Shown here piece by piece: positions 24,801 through 37,100 of a DNA stretch of 64,000 nt. The position numbers were made by a program, and so were the translations under genes. Below the pieces are notes generated by a model. The model had not been told where the DNA came from. It saw only the letters and a list, made by a program, of their open reading frames with translations, and searched no databases. The number at the start of each line of letters is the position of its first letter. Within the stretch, counting starts at the first letter, position 1. Location: NCBI GenBank assembly GCA_010093605.1, contig MU004199.1:930001-994000 (forward strand), in the 5' to 3' direction. The stretch comes from Lophium mytilinum. Its lineage: Eukaryota.

Positions 24801-25574
24801 AACGCTTGGCTTTCAGATGCATATACAAGCACTCGCGTATCTTCTGCCCGGCACTATCGCACTATCACCCTCTATATCAGGCCTTATCCAGCGCACGCAG
24901 CATCAGCAGTCCTTGGCTGCATACCGGTATACACGCTACCACATGCCACATCTGCCTTGGCCGGCGCCGCGCAGCATCGAGCCCCACTGTTATCCGGCTA
25001 AAGGTGTGTGCGAGCGATGTTGCTGGTGAGGGGTGCGATCATGTCATCAGCTGTGCGGCTTTGGTCAGCGGGGTAGCACACAAAAAAGGGTAGGCTTGTA
25101 GGACCTACCCCTCTATTGTTGGCGGCGGGCGGAAGCTATACTCGAGTTGGGGGATGCTAATTTGGGGCCCAACGCGTCGAGCTATTATGTACTGTACACA
25201 TGCATGAGACTGTGGTTTGTTGCACGTAGGGTTTCCACCAATGGTAGAGACTGGATGCGGTGGTTGATAGTAAGCTACTACGTTGTTGCTTTACTACACA
25301 ACTATCCTTCCGGAATTCGGCCATCTATTTGCATACCTATTTCCGAATGCAGTGTCTTCGCTCTTGAACTGTCGATACCACTGTGAGGAGTGCTCTGGGT
25401 ATCATACCTTTGATCAGGCGACAGGTAGTGTAATTTCCACTGCATTGTCCTTTACATTATATCAAGAGTTTCTAAAGCCTACTGCGGCCCCCCAAGCAGT
25501 CGCAAGGCGTGCCCAAACTTATACCACGATCTATTCAACGCGTTCTCCTATCCCCAACCGCACTCTCCCACCCC

Positions 25575-26717
25575 TCAATACAACCCCTTCACCAACGCAG
25601 CAACCTTATCAAACAACTCCCCCTCCTCCAACCCCCCCGTCGCCCTCTTCACAATAATCCCCACCTGATCCTCACCCACCCCATACCCCCCCAACGTCTT
25701 CTCCAACCCCAACCCCCTCACCAGCTCCAAAATCCTATCCCCCACCTCCTCCGCATCCTTCCTATCATCCCCACTCGCCTTCCCCCCAATCACCGGCAGC
25801 ACCCTCGCCACCTCCCTCGCCGCCCCTTGATCCGCCGCCGCCTTCAGCTTCACCACATGCCCCAGCGTCAGACACGACGTGATACCATGCGGGATCCCAT
25901 ACGGACTCCCCAACGCGTACCCCAACGAATGACTCAGCCCCAACCCGCCCTTCACATTCGTGCCGCGGAACCCTAGGCTCTCGAACGCCGCGAGCTGCAG
26001 CTGCGTGATCGTATCTACATTCTTCGGATCCGCTTTATACAGCGGCAGATACTTAAACAGCGCCGCCGCCGCATTAATACTCATGACTCTACCCGGCATC
26101 TCGCTGATCGTCTCGTGGTACAGCAACTCAACCGCGTGGTCCAGCGCGCGCAAGCCGGTCGAGAGAAACAGCGTCGGCGGCGTATGCAGCCCGAAACTCG
26201 CGTCGTAAAGAATCACCGCGGGCGCGAGGTGCTCGTCGCTAACGCCGGTTTTCACGCCGCTGGCTTCCGTGTAGCCGGCCATGTAGGTGCATTCCCCGGC
26301 CGACAGCGTCGTGGGGATGGAGATGTGATACAGCCATTTCCCTGTCCGCGCGTGCGTGCGGTGCGAGATTGCTTTGGCGGAGTCGATGGGCGAGCCGCCG
26401 CCGATGCTGATGACGGTGTCGATGGCGCTGTCCTCCGCGACGAGTTCGGTGGCGCGGTCGAGGTCGGCGACTGGGGCGTGTTGTTTGATGTTGGAGAAGG
26501 TGCCGGCGTGGTGGGTGGAGGTGAGGAGGTGCTCGACGTCTTTGATTAGGGGGGTTTTGGTCGCGAGGGAGTTGCCGGTTATGATGAAGGCTTTGGAGGT
26601 GGGGGTGGGGAGGGTGGAGAGGAGGTGCGTTTTGACGGAGCCGGGGCCGTAGTAGAGACGTGCGAGTTGGGTGGGTTTGTAGAGGCCGGTGAGGGGGGAG
26701 GTGGTGGATTCGGTCAT
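25575..26717 (-). CDS. Iron-containing alcohol dehydrogenase / maleylacetate-reductase-like protein
   Basis: IGGGSPIDSAKA, IPTTLSAGE, RALDHAVE and LSHSLGYALG...IPHG motifs; likely start MTESTT at 26717. Confidence 0.9.
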   Translation of the reverse strand: MTESTTSPLTGLYKPTQLARLYYGPGSVKTHLLSTLPTPTSKAFIITGNSLATKTPLIKDVEHLLTSTHHAGTFSNIKQHAPVADLDRATELVAEDSAIDTVISIGGGSPIDSAKAISHRTHARTGKWLYHISIPTTLSAGECTYMAGYTEASGVKTGVSDEHLAPAVILYDASFGLHTPPTLFLSTGLRALDHAVELLYHETISEMPGRVMSINAAAALFKYLPLYKADPKNVDTITQLQLAAFESLGFRGTNVKGGLGLSHSLGYALGSPYGIPHGITSCLTLGHVVKLKAAADQGAAREVARVLPVIGGKASGDDRKDAEEVGDRILELVRGLGLEKTLGGYGVGEDQVGIIVKRATGGLEEGELFDKVAALVKGLY

Positions 26718-27663
26718 TTTGGGTTTGGTATGTATAGTGCGTGTGGAGAGATTTGTGATATTGGGGTTTTTATTGAGGCTGGGGATGGTTGCGGGATGGA
26801 TGACGCAATTGAAATTGAAGTTTCTTATTACGGTTGGTCGCGCGATGCTAAGTGCGAAGGTGATGGGGATACCAAGCTTCACCGACATGCGTGGTTTCTA
26901 AAGCTCTTTATGGGGTTCTCTCGGTGTTTTCGCTGGCCGCGCGGTTTGCTGATGTTTTGGAATCTTGAGCAATGTGGATGAGATTATGGCGTCAGCTATT
27001 CTATGCCTCGGTCAGGAGTGGATGAGATGCGGGGATGACTCGGGTATTGTGTCGCAAATAGCTGTACGTTCCGCGGCCGCTCTTTGTTGGCAGAGACAAA
27101 ATGCAACCGCCGTCTAGATCAGGTCAATTTTCGAGTTTTGCTGGTGTGAGTATTGCTTCTGATGTTGGAGTGGCCTCGTTCTGAGATATGCCTTGAAGAT
27201 AGTTGTTTTTGCAGGATTCGATTTGGACTTGATATTGAAGCTCTCTGAGCTCCTCAGCTTACGAGATAGACCATCTAAAATGAGATCAAGTAGGTTTGAT
27301 ATACTTTTCTATTCATACTAGTTGGTGAGATTGATGAAAATTTACTGTTCAGGCGACCAGGCAGACACAACCCACCACAATTTCTCCGTCGAACTAAGCT
27401 CGATCTGACGCAAATACGTTCAGGTACCTACTTGTAATTGAGGCTGAACAATGGCTAGGTTACTGGTGCCTAGTATAGCCATAGCCTTCTTGAGGAAATG
27501 GAGGTCATCGTTTTAAGCCTCGTTGGGGCCAAATCCTGCCAGGCGCAACCGCAGGGATTAGTGACATCAGTCGACATATCTTCACCGGAAACCTTCCATC
27601 TCATAAATTCCAACCTCGATCCTCTTCTCTACACCAACCCATCTTCATCCACATTCCTCCACC

Positions 27664-28155
27664 ATGGCACCTCCCATAGCAATCCCCCAATCCGACACTA
27701 CCAGCCTGGGCGCCGCGCTACAAGCCACCCTCTCCAAAGTCGTCTCCCTCCTCAGCTGGTTCCTCGGCATCCTCCTCTACATCCCTTGGATCGTGCTCTT
27801 CTTTGTCGCCCTAGCGCCCTCACTACTGGTCGCAGCTGTCACCATGACGGTCACTGGCAAATTGGTCGGCATTGACTTCCTGGCCCGGTACTCGTTTGCG
27901 CCGGGATTCATGGCGATTTGGATGGGCCATTTTGGGCTGTTTCTGGTCACGATCTTCTCGACTGGTGCTAAGGAAACCATCACACTGGCGCTTTGGTGCC
28001 AGAGCCTAGCTGTTGTTGCGATTACGTTGAGCATTCTGTGTGTTGTGGCTGGTGCACTTGTCGTGGCGGGGGTGTGGACGGCGAGGGGGATTCATTTCGC
28101 GATGGAGAGGAGGAGTGAAGGGGCCGCCGTTGCTGAGAAGCCGACTGAAGACTGA
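27664..28155 (+). CDS. Small multi-pass membrane protein of unknown function (163 aa)
   Basis: Single ORF with CACCATGG start context and 3-4 hydrophobic segments. Confidence 0.6.
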   Translation: MAPPIAIPQSDTTSLGAALQATLSKVVSLLSWFLGILLYIPWIVLFFVALAPSLLVAAVTMTVTGKLVGIDFLARYSFAPGFMAIWMGHFGLFLVTIFSTGAKETITLALWCQSLAVVAITLSILCVVAGALVVAGVWTARGIHFAMERRSEGAAVAEKPTED

Positions 28156-28780
28156 ATCGAACGGTTTTTTATACGCTACCACCCATGGGCGAGTTTGTTC
28201 GAAGAATGAAAGATTAGTCATGTGAGCAGACCCGCCATGCCAGCTTCGGAAGTGGTTTGTCGGTCTATCGACATGTGAAGGTTTTGCGATAGAGTTCCGG
28301 TTGCTGGCATCGAGCGTGTTAGCTACGGGCCGAGAGTCGCGTCGTTGGATATGATAGATCCAAAACACCTATGGTAGATGTTGGTCGTATCCGTAAGAGG
28401 CACCTGGCCTGTTTTCATTCTGTCAATTTCTAGTTCTTTGTCTGCCCCGCCGTATTCCGTCAATGCTGTCGAGACCTTGTCAAGTCGGTCAACCTACCTA
28501 ATATGCATTGCAAATCAACATATGTCCGTGTCTTTGGCTTGCCTAGAATTGACCTGCTTTTTCGCGACCACTAAGTCATTAGCCGTCTCCTCCCCGGATA
28601 CAGGAGCGGTGTACGAGCAGACGGCAACCCGTATGATTGAGTGTCCGTTGCAAGTTTGCTCCTGTGTGCCTGTCTCTCATTCTACTTCATTGCCGCTAGC
28701 TCATCTGCTTGGCTCTTTTCCTTGTCACGCTTCTCACGTTGATCATCGATTCATCTGCGAACAATTTTGTGTCCCACACC

Positions 28781-31331
28781 ATGGAGGACCCTGCAAGCGA
28801 GCTCAATCTCATCCGTGATCAACGCGCTAGCGTGCTGAGCTTACAAGAGCGCAAGTTTAGCAAATTTCAGAAGCTCCAACAGCAATATTTGCGTCTTCAA
28901 GAAGAATTGGATTCTCTAGAGGATGACTTGGAGCAAGGAGAAGTAGAGAAGGTTGTCACGGAAGCTGTAAGTTTCTGCGCAGTAGGGGCGTATTAGATCG
29001 TGACCTGAATCTCGCTATAGGCAATTAGAAAGCAAGAACGTACAATTCGAGGCTCAAGCCTTCGCGAATCTCTGCTAGCAGCCCCTCCCAGTCTCAGGAC
29101 TCCCACCTCGAAGCAATTGGAAACACAATCGCGAATCGAGAACGATCGTTTCGGCCCGTCGCAAACAAGCACGAATCGCTCGATACGAACACAAGGCTCT
29201 GCGAATCGGCTTGGAAGCCAATCATCCCGGGTAGCTTCAACGGATGAGATATTGCAGGCTCCATTCCCTCGGGCGTCAGCTCAATTGGGCATGGAAAGTG
29301 GCAAGAATCAAGTGTCCCCGGCTCCACCACTGCTGTCCCGTTTTTCATCTTCCTCAGTACGAAATACTGCCAGCTCTACACCATCAAGAGCCTACGAAAA
29401 TCCCGACAAAACGAGGGGGAATGCAAACCTGCAGGTGGGATACCATTGGGGAGCTCCAGTAGTCATCCCCACTGACGATGGAGTAATTGATCTTGGCGAT
29501 GGAGACAACGACTCAGACGAGTCAGCCGATTCAGGAAGAGAAGACGATCCAGATTACTCTCAACCCTCAAACGAGGACAGCCCACTTTCCCTTCCTGGGG
29601 TCACCGGCCAGCGTTCCTATCTGCCGAAGTATCCGCACGTTGTCTGCCTTCATGATGGAAGCTGGGTCGAGCTTGCATGCGACATCTGCGGCAGGAATTG
29701 CTTTGGTACGAACTTTATCAGAGGGTTTATAGGTTTCCGCCGTCATCTTTGGGGCCATGATATTACAGCAGTCCTGGACTATCAGCACGTTATCGAACGC
29801 TGCAAAGTACGAGAACTCTCAGCAGCCCAGGTTGAGGCGCTAGAAATGGGCCTACCCGGCGCTCCTGAGATGAAGATGAAACTTCAAACTCACCTGAGAA
29901 ACGATTAGTCGAGGACCGCAAGAGCTAAGAAGAAGAGGAAAACCTCAACCCGCCTACAAATCGAAAAACCGAGACATACTAGAGTGCAGGTCTCAGTGGA
30001 CAATTTCCCAGCGCTGCCAACTGTCGTCAAACGCTCCAACGGCAAGTATATTGAGCTAAGATGCAAACTTTGCAACGCGAATAGTTACCCAAAACACCCA
30101 AAACCATACAACCTTCGTCCGTACAACAAATGGGTAAGTTTCCAACAGCACTTGCGACAGACACACAGAGAAGAATGGTACCAGAAGAAAGCTGCCATCA
30201 AGGCCGTGGGCCAAGGCGGGACGGACCATAATACTACTCTCCTGTTATGTTCTCAGAAGGTGCTTATTAGCGATCAACTGAAGGCTGTTAGGCAGCATGG
30301 GGCAAGCGCCTACGAAGGTAAGTTCTCCATGTGTGTCGCTTTATTTGTGCGCCCTCTGACGATCCACCAGTCAAGCTCAGTCCAACTCAAGGCTCGAAGC
30401 ATCAGAGAGAAATAGGCATTGCGTCTACGGGCGCGAGAACGACATCCTAGACAATTCAGGAGATGAGGATACCGCCCGCTCAACAGACTACGATGATGAC
30501 AGCGTGATTGTGTCGCAATCGTTACCTCGTACTCGCGATCTTGAACGCAAACGACCCCGTCCGGATAATGAGCTCTTGAACGATACGCATAGGTAGGTGA
30601 ATCAAAGCTTCCTGTCCATTGTACTTTCACGCACTCTTAATGCTTATCGTTGCTCACATCTGTAGGGTTGCCAGTAGATTTCCGCCATCCCACTTCTCTT
30701 CTCCGCACAAACGATCAGAAACGCCAGACGACGAGATTGTGGTCCGCCAATCTCCCGCACGGTCGCCAATCGCAGACCAGATTACCGCGCACGCGTCACC
30801 AGTCCCATCGCCGTCGAGCGAATTAGACCAGTGTCCCTGTACTCTATCCGGCCATCCTTGCGGGATGGTTGGGTGTGCAAAGATCAAGACATGTCAGGTT
30901 TGTCATCAGTGCTGTATTCCATTCCCAGTCTTGAGGATGTTCGCTAACGTCAGTGCAAGAATTACGAACATGATGACAATTGCATCATCGTTAATGAATG
31001 TAATGTTCGCATGACTTGTTACTCCGTCGTCCATGGACGAGAGTGCTTGGTGCGGGATAGAGGTTGCCCGTATGATCATGATGATCAAGAAGTTCGCCGG
31101 GAGATATATAATCACTGTCATGATAGTCATGGACGCATACAGTTGTATCACGTGTACGGTACGGTGAGCCTCCTGATCGCTAGACGCTACGGGTATAGGG
31201 TATTAGTATGTCTGGCTGGTAGATTCGAGGGTCGGACGGGGAATTACGGGTCAGTACGTTTAGCTAGTGGGTTATATCATAAAGATCCAGAGATGCAATA
31301 TATCAAGGACGCTTGTCGTCGTCGAGAATGA
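28781..31331 (+). pseudogene. Family copy C with an in-frame TAG at 29906-29908 (exons 28781-28966, 29021-30317, 30371 or 30376-30592, 30666-30897, 30960-31331)
   Basis: Same domains and intron phases as A; ORFs 29117-29908 and 29984-30415 are in one frame separated by a single TAG. Confidence 0.75.
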
Positions 31332-31974
31332 GTGGGATAGAAGGGTTGTGCGTCTTGTCGGTAGGTTGAAGCGTGGAAGGGGATACGAATCTATATCATT
31401 ATCCACTACCTAGATTCATTCCATGACAACAAGCTGTATAAATTACAAGAGAGATTCCTTGCTATTTACGCTTCACTACTAAAGAGAATTCTTCAATGGT
31501 TACCTGGATGACTGAAGAGATACGGAACAGTATTGGTTACCTGCACTCTATATATATTGACTGCTGAGCCGAAGTTTCCTTCTTCATCTTCTCCACTCCT
31601 TCAGCAAACGAGCCTCAACCCAGTCTCTTCCTCTTTCCACTTTCATCGGCTCCTGGTCCTTGGGATAATACAAAAGTCGCTGCATCCGACGACTTGCGTA
31701 AGTGGTAAGCACCGTCCTCGCCCTATAGCCCCAAATCTTCAATCCAACCGCTCAAACCGTCGAACTGCTCTAACATACTTTCCAGGTCCTCATTTCTATC
31801 CCTCCACCATTGCCAGGGAGTAGCAGCGAGGGTTACAGTAGGCGCACAGCGCCTCCTGTTTACAGCCTCACCGTCCTCCAGACCTCTTCTTCTCTACATT
31901 ATCAGCATCCAATACATCACGTACACGGCCTACAGCTCCTTGTTTCGTAATAGTTGACACCTCACTGCCTCCTC

Positions 31975-32656
31975 ATGGATCTATGGACACAGAATTGCCG
32001 CGGTCTGTGGTTCTTTGAGGAGTCTCGGGAATCCGGAGCACTTATCGATTTCGGATGTGTACACTTTACTTAGCCGCCTGAGACACCCTCGCTGGGAATC
32101 CACTTGCTCCAAATGGTGAAGCTTCATCAGCCTCAAACATCGGAAATCGTATTGGAGCATTTCCAGCAGTGTCAGAAAACCAGCAATATTTCATTCGCCA
32201 GACTCAACTTTCCGAGGCGTGTGCTGTTCCGGATGGGGAGGGGCCTCAGAGCTGCGGGAACCCCTCCCCATGTATGCGTACATCTATTACCACCTGCCGA
32301 GGTGCCCTGGCAGGGAATCCGACTTCTGGGGGTGGTGAAACTTCACCGGCCTTCGACATCTAAAAGCGCATTGGAGCACCACAAGCAGTGCGAGAAGACC
32401 AGTATGTTTTCCTTCGCCAGTCTGAACCTTTTGCGGCCAGTCCTGTTCTGGACGGGAAGCGGCATCGAACTGTGGGACAGACCTCCCATCTCTGTGTACA
32501 CCCGTTATCGCCGTCTAAGGTGGCCTGGCACGTTTGCTGAAATCGAAGAAGTTTTGTTTCGATCTTTCTCAAGCTTTAGAAAGGGCATCAAGCCACCTCA
32601 GACGGCGGTGGAGACGGCGGTGTGCGTGCCTCGTGGCAATTCACTTGCCAAGTATT
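31975..32656 (+). pseudogene. Decayed gene for a ~73-aa tandem-repeat protein
   Basis: VKLHQPQTSEIVLEHFQQCQKTSNISFARLN vs VKLHRPSTSKSALEHHKQCEKTSMFSFASLN with many synonymous differences; in-frame TAG at 32071; frame runs into the LTR. Confidence 0.55.
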
Positions 32657-32861
32657 TGTGATATTTCCGATCACGTGATGTAAGAATTTAGAGGACAATA
32701 GATGTCAATTCTATATAGGAATCTAGCTAGGCTATATATATATTAGAGAGGCCTATATAGGCCTTAATTATACTAGATCTATATAGAAAAGTATTTCTAT
32801 AGTAGATCTATATATTATATATATAATATCTAAATATTAACTATATATTAAGAATTTTATA
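32657..32861. repeat. 3' LTR of the outer retrotransposon
   Basis: Direct repeat of 49338-49542 differing mostly by C>T and G>A changes. Confidence 0.9.
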
Positions 32862-34198
32862 TTCTTCCCTTCTAGATCTAATTTACTATTAAATTATATT
32901 TATAATAGTATATTACGCTTACTACTTTATACTATACATTATTAGTATATTAGGCTATTAGCTTTTTTAGAAGCTTTAAAGCTTCTAGAGGTATATAATA
33001 CTATAAAAGGTGCATTAGTAGGTAGTAATATTATAGTAATATTATCTAAGAGGGGTTTAGAATTCTTTAGAGGCCTACTACTATATTAGTAGAGGGAATA
33101 ATAAAGGTATTAGGATATTTAATAGCTTAATAGTAAGAAAGAATTAGAAGAGATTATAAAGTATTTATAATAGAGGGAATTATAAGGTAATATAAATATT
33201 AGTATACTAGCGCGCATTAGGTTCTAATACATAATTAGAGCTATAATAGCTAATAATAGGCTTATTAGAGATCTTATAAAGTTTTTTATAATCTAGTAAG
33301 AAGCTTATAATCTTATATAGGTTTAAGAAGCTATTAGTATATTATAGAGTAGTAAGTAGTAATCTAGAAGTAATAGATTTAAGAATCTAGAGTATATATA
33401 AGGCCTTCTTAATACTCTTATACTCTTTCTTTTATACTTAACTTTCTTTTTTAAGGTTTAAGCTTCTTTTAACTTTAAAGGTTTATTAAAGACTCTTATA
33501 GCTTCTCTTCTTATTACTATTATTTTTCTTTATTAATTTCTTTATTAGAACTCTCTCTCTCTTAGTTTCTAAGCTACTTCTTTTTACTTTAAGTAAGTAT
33601 TATAATATTACTTAATACCTAGCCGGGTTCTATAGCCTCTAGCTTACTCTATAGAAGAGGTAGAGATAATAGAGGTAATAATTCTTTAAACTCTAGCTAT
33701 AGTTATAAGGTTCTACACTCTTATAAATACTTAGGTATTTTAGCTTATAAAGCCTTATAGGCCTATAGTAAGTTTCTAATAATAGTTTAGCTCTTTCTCT
33801 TAATAAAGCTAATAAGATCTAGTTACTATTATACTTATATTAATTATTAACCTTCTAATAGTCTAGAGGTTCTATAATCTATACTATATATAGCTAATAG
33901 CCTTTAATAACTCTATTTTACTTTCTTAAGCCTTTTAATACTATGCTATAGCTTCTAATTATTTAAACTATACTAAATACCCCCTAAAGTTTAAAGGTAG
34001 TAGTAGAGCTTAGAAAAATATACTACTTTAAGGGTTTCTTAGTAATATTAGAGATAATAAACTAATTTTAAATAAGAACTATAGCTATACTTTATACTTT
34101 ATAGGGCTTCTTAAATAGTATTTAGGCTTAAGAGTAGATTATAGTAAGAATTCTAGGGCTTCTTCTATCTTTAGGGCCTATAACTACTACTTAAAAAC

Positions 34199-37100
34199 TA
34201 TTAGGTTTATAGCTAAGAAAAGAGTTATATTTCTATTAATAAGGTTGCATAGAAAGAAGAGAGGCTCTAGCTACAAGCCTACTATATAGTTAAGTGCGCG
34301 CTAGAAGAATTCTTAGCCTAAAGATTATATAACGTCCGTGCATATAATAACCCCTAACCTTAATAACTACTAAGAGAATACTAAGAAATAATATAATATA
34401 TACCCCCCCTTTAAAACCTAAGCTTCTATAAGAACTAGATATAGAAAAAGACTTACTATTTAAACTTATATATTAGATAGCTAATATAGGCGTAGCTCTA
34501 TATATAGATAGAGCGTGCTAATAAAACTATATAGGTAGGCGTTCTTAGTTAAATTAATTCTACTATCTAATAGCGGCGCAGAATCTTAGTTTATACTAGA
34601 CTATTATAATAATATAGTAATATTCTAGAGGTTCTACTATATAGGTAGAGTCTAGTCCTTTAGTTTAATAAAGTAAGTAGGTAGTTTAGGTTTCTATAGG
34701 CTATAATAATAGAAGTTAAAAACCTTATAGAGGCAGCCTTTAAGGTTTCTAGATAGTTACTAGAATTAATAAGGCCTTATACTACTAATATAGTAGACTT
34801 TATATTAAATATTATTATTCTTAATATATAAGTTAATAATTTAGGCAACTATAAATTCCTCTACTAGCTTATTATTATCCTCTTATTAGATTAGCTCTAG
34901 TAGTAGTATAGATTCCGGGTAATTCTAGCCCTTAATAGGCTTAAATATATTAAAATAGAGTAGTAATAGATAAAAGACATTATATATCTTTATATTAGAT
35001 AGTAAGTCTAGTTAAAAGGCGGCGCCCTAATTAATAACCTTATTAATATAGAAGGGGCCTATAAATTTATTATTAAGCGCTTTCTTAGCGCGATCTAGTT
35101 TAATATTTTTTACATTAAGCTAGACTATATTATTAATGCGTATATCTACTACTATATTCTAGTAGTAGTTAGCTTAGTAAGCTTATTCTTTCTAAGCCTA
35201 TATAATATAGTTCTATAGGTAGATCTTAATATCCTTTAGGCGTTAAGCTATATTATTAGCTAGCTCGCGTTTAATCTCCTTATTTTTAGATATCTTTTTA
35301 TTATTAGTAGTTAGTAGCTTAAGCTCTAAGTAAGAAGTATAGCTATAATTAGTAAAGAATAGTAATAGGCCTATAGTAGCTAATATATAGATATTTATAA
35401 TAAGTTCTACTAAGAGTAGTAAGTTATACTAATTATTCTATATATAGTTAATATAGGCTTATAGATACTTCTTTATATTAGTATTAGCAATTTCTATTTA
35501 ACTATCTATTTCTAGGTGGAAGGCGGTGGACGTATTAAGCAATAATTATAACTAATAGTAGAGGTGTTGCTAGAACTTAGAGGTAAATTATATGCCTAGA
35601 TTACTAGTAATAGATATTAGTAGCCTATAGAGTTAATAGATCTATTAGAAGTAGACCTCTATAAGCTTATCTACTTCTAGGGAAGTAATAGGGAGAAAGT
35701 AATATTTCTTTAAGAGTCTATTAATTATAACTAGTATATAATAGTACTTACGCCTATAATATTTATAGATAGGCAGGTTAACTATATAGTCTATAGCAAT
35801 ATTACGCTAGTAATAGAGGGGGATAGGTAATAGGTATAGAAAGCCTTACTTAGTAAAATTAGAAGGCTTAATATTATAATAACATTAATAGGTATTAATA
35901 TATATTATAATTAATTTAGTAAACCTAGGCTAGTAGTAGCTAGGGTAAATCTATTATAGGTAATTAGCGTAGCCCCTATATCCTGCGCTAGTATAGTTAT
36001 AGCCTAGCTATAAGATTCTTAGCTAGAGTGCGGCTAATTATAGTATAAATAGTTATCTAGATTTCTTATAGAGGACCTATAGCTTATTATTAGTAACCTC
36101 TAGCTTACTTATTAATAGCTGGACGCGCTTATCTTTTAGAATATTGCGTGGCAGCTTTTAATTACTGCGCTGCTTAAGCACTATAATATAGTAGACTAGG
36201 TAGTTATTTAACTTATTATCGGGATTACTACCTCTTTCTTAGAAAGCGCTTTTATCTATATTATAGGCCTCTTTAATAAGTTTATATAGAGGCTAGGTAT
36301 AATTTATAATATCTATAGTATAGATATAGAGTTCTTTTAATACCTTAGAGGTAAGATTCTTTATCTTAATTATAGTTTACTACTAAAATAGGAATTATTT
36401 ATTATTATTAGATTATAGAAGGTCCTAGCTATAATATATAAGACTATTTAGTTTAGTTTCTAGGTAGCTAGGCTAGTATATTAGAACGTAATTAATTTCT
36501 AAAAGAATCTATAGCTAGCGTATCTATCGCTAATTAAGCTATTACATAGTTATAAAGTATAGCAGATTTTAGTAATCTATTAGTACTTAGATAGGGTTCT
36601 AGTATCTATTACCTTAGTACTATAGTTCCTATTCTTTAAAGGTAAGAATAATAGCAAGTAACTTCTTATTATAGATCTTATAGTTACACTCTACTAGTAT
36701 TATCTTATAGAAGTAAAAGGTAACTAGGTACTATATACTATTATTATATAGCTATAAGAATACGCCTACGGCTATATAGTTAGATGCATCTATTTTAATA
36801 TATAATTTCCTATTAGGATTAAAGTATTTAAGATAGGGCGCAGTAGTAAACGCTATTTTAAGGTCGTTAAAGGCCTTTTAGTAGCTTAATATCTATTTAA
36901 AATAGATACGCCTATCTAGTCCCTTTTATAAGAGGTTAGTAAGCGGCTTATATAGTTATAAGAAGCCTTAGATAAATTACCTATAGAAGTTAGCTAAGCC
37001 TAAAAAGGCCTAAATATTCTTAAGGCATATAGAAGTAGCCTATTTAGTAACTACTTTAACTTTCTCTAGATCTATCTTAACGCCCTTAGTTATAATAATA

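Noticed and set aside
22098..25500. Many overlapping 60-170-aa ORFs upstream of the bZIP gene
   Set aside because: No recognisable motifs or consistent exon structure; probably a long GC-rich regulatory region
26718..26888. 57-aa N-terminal extension of the Fe-ADH in the ORF track
   Set aside because: Family similarity begins after MTESTT, which has a good AAAATG start context; the extension is probably 5' UTR
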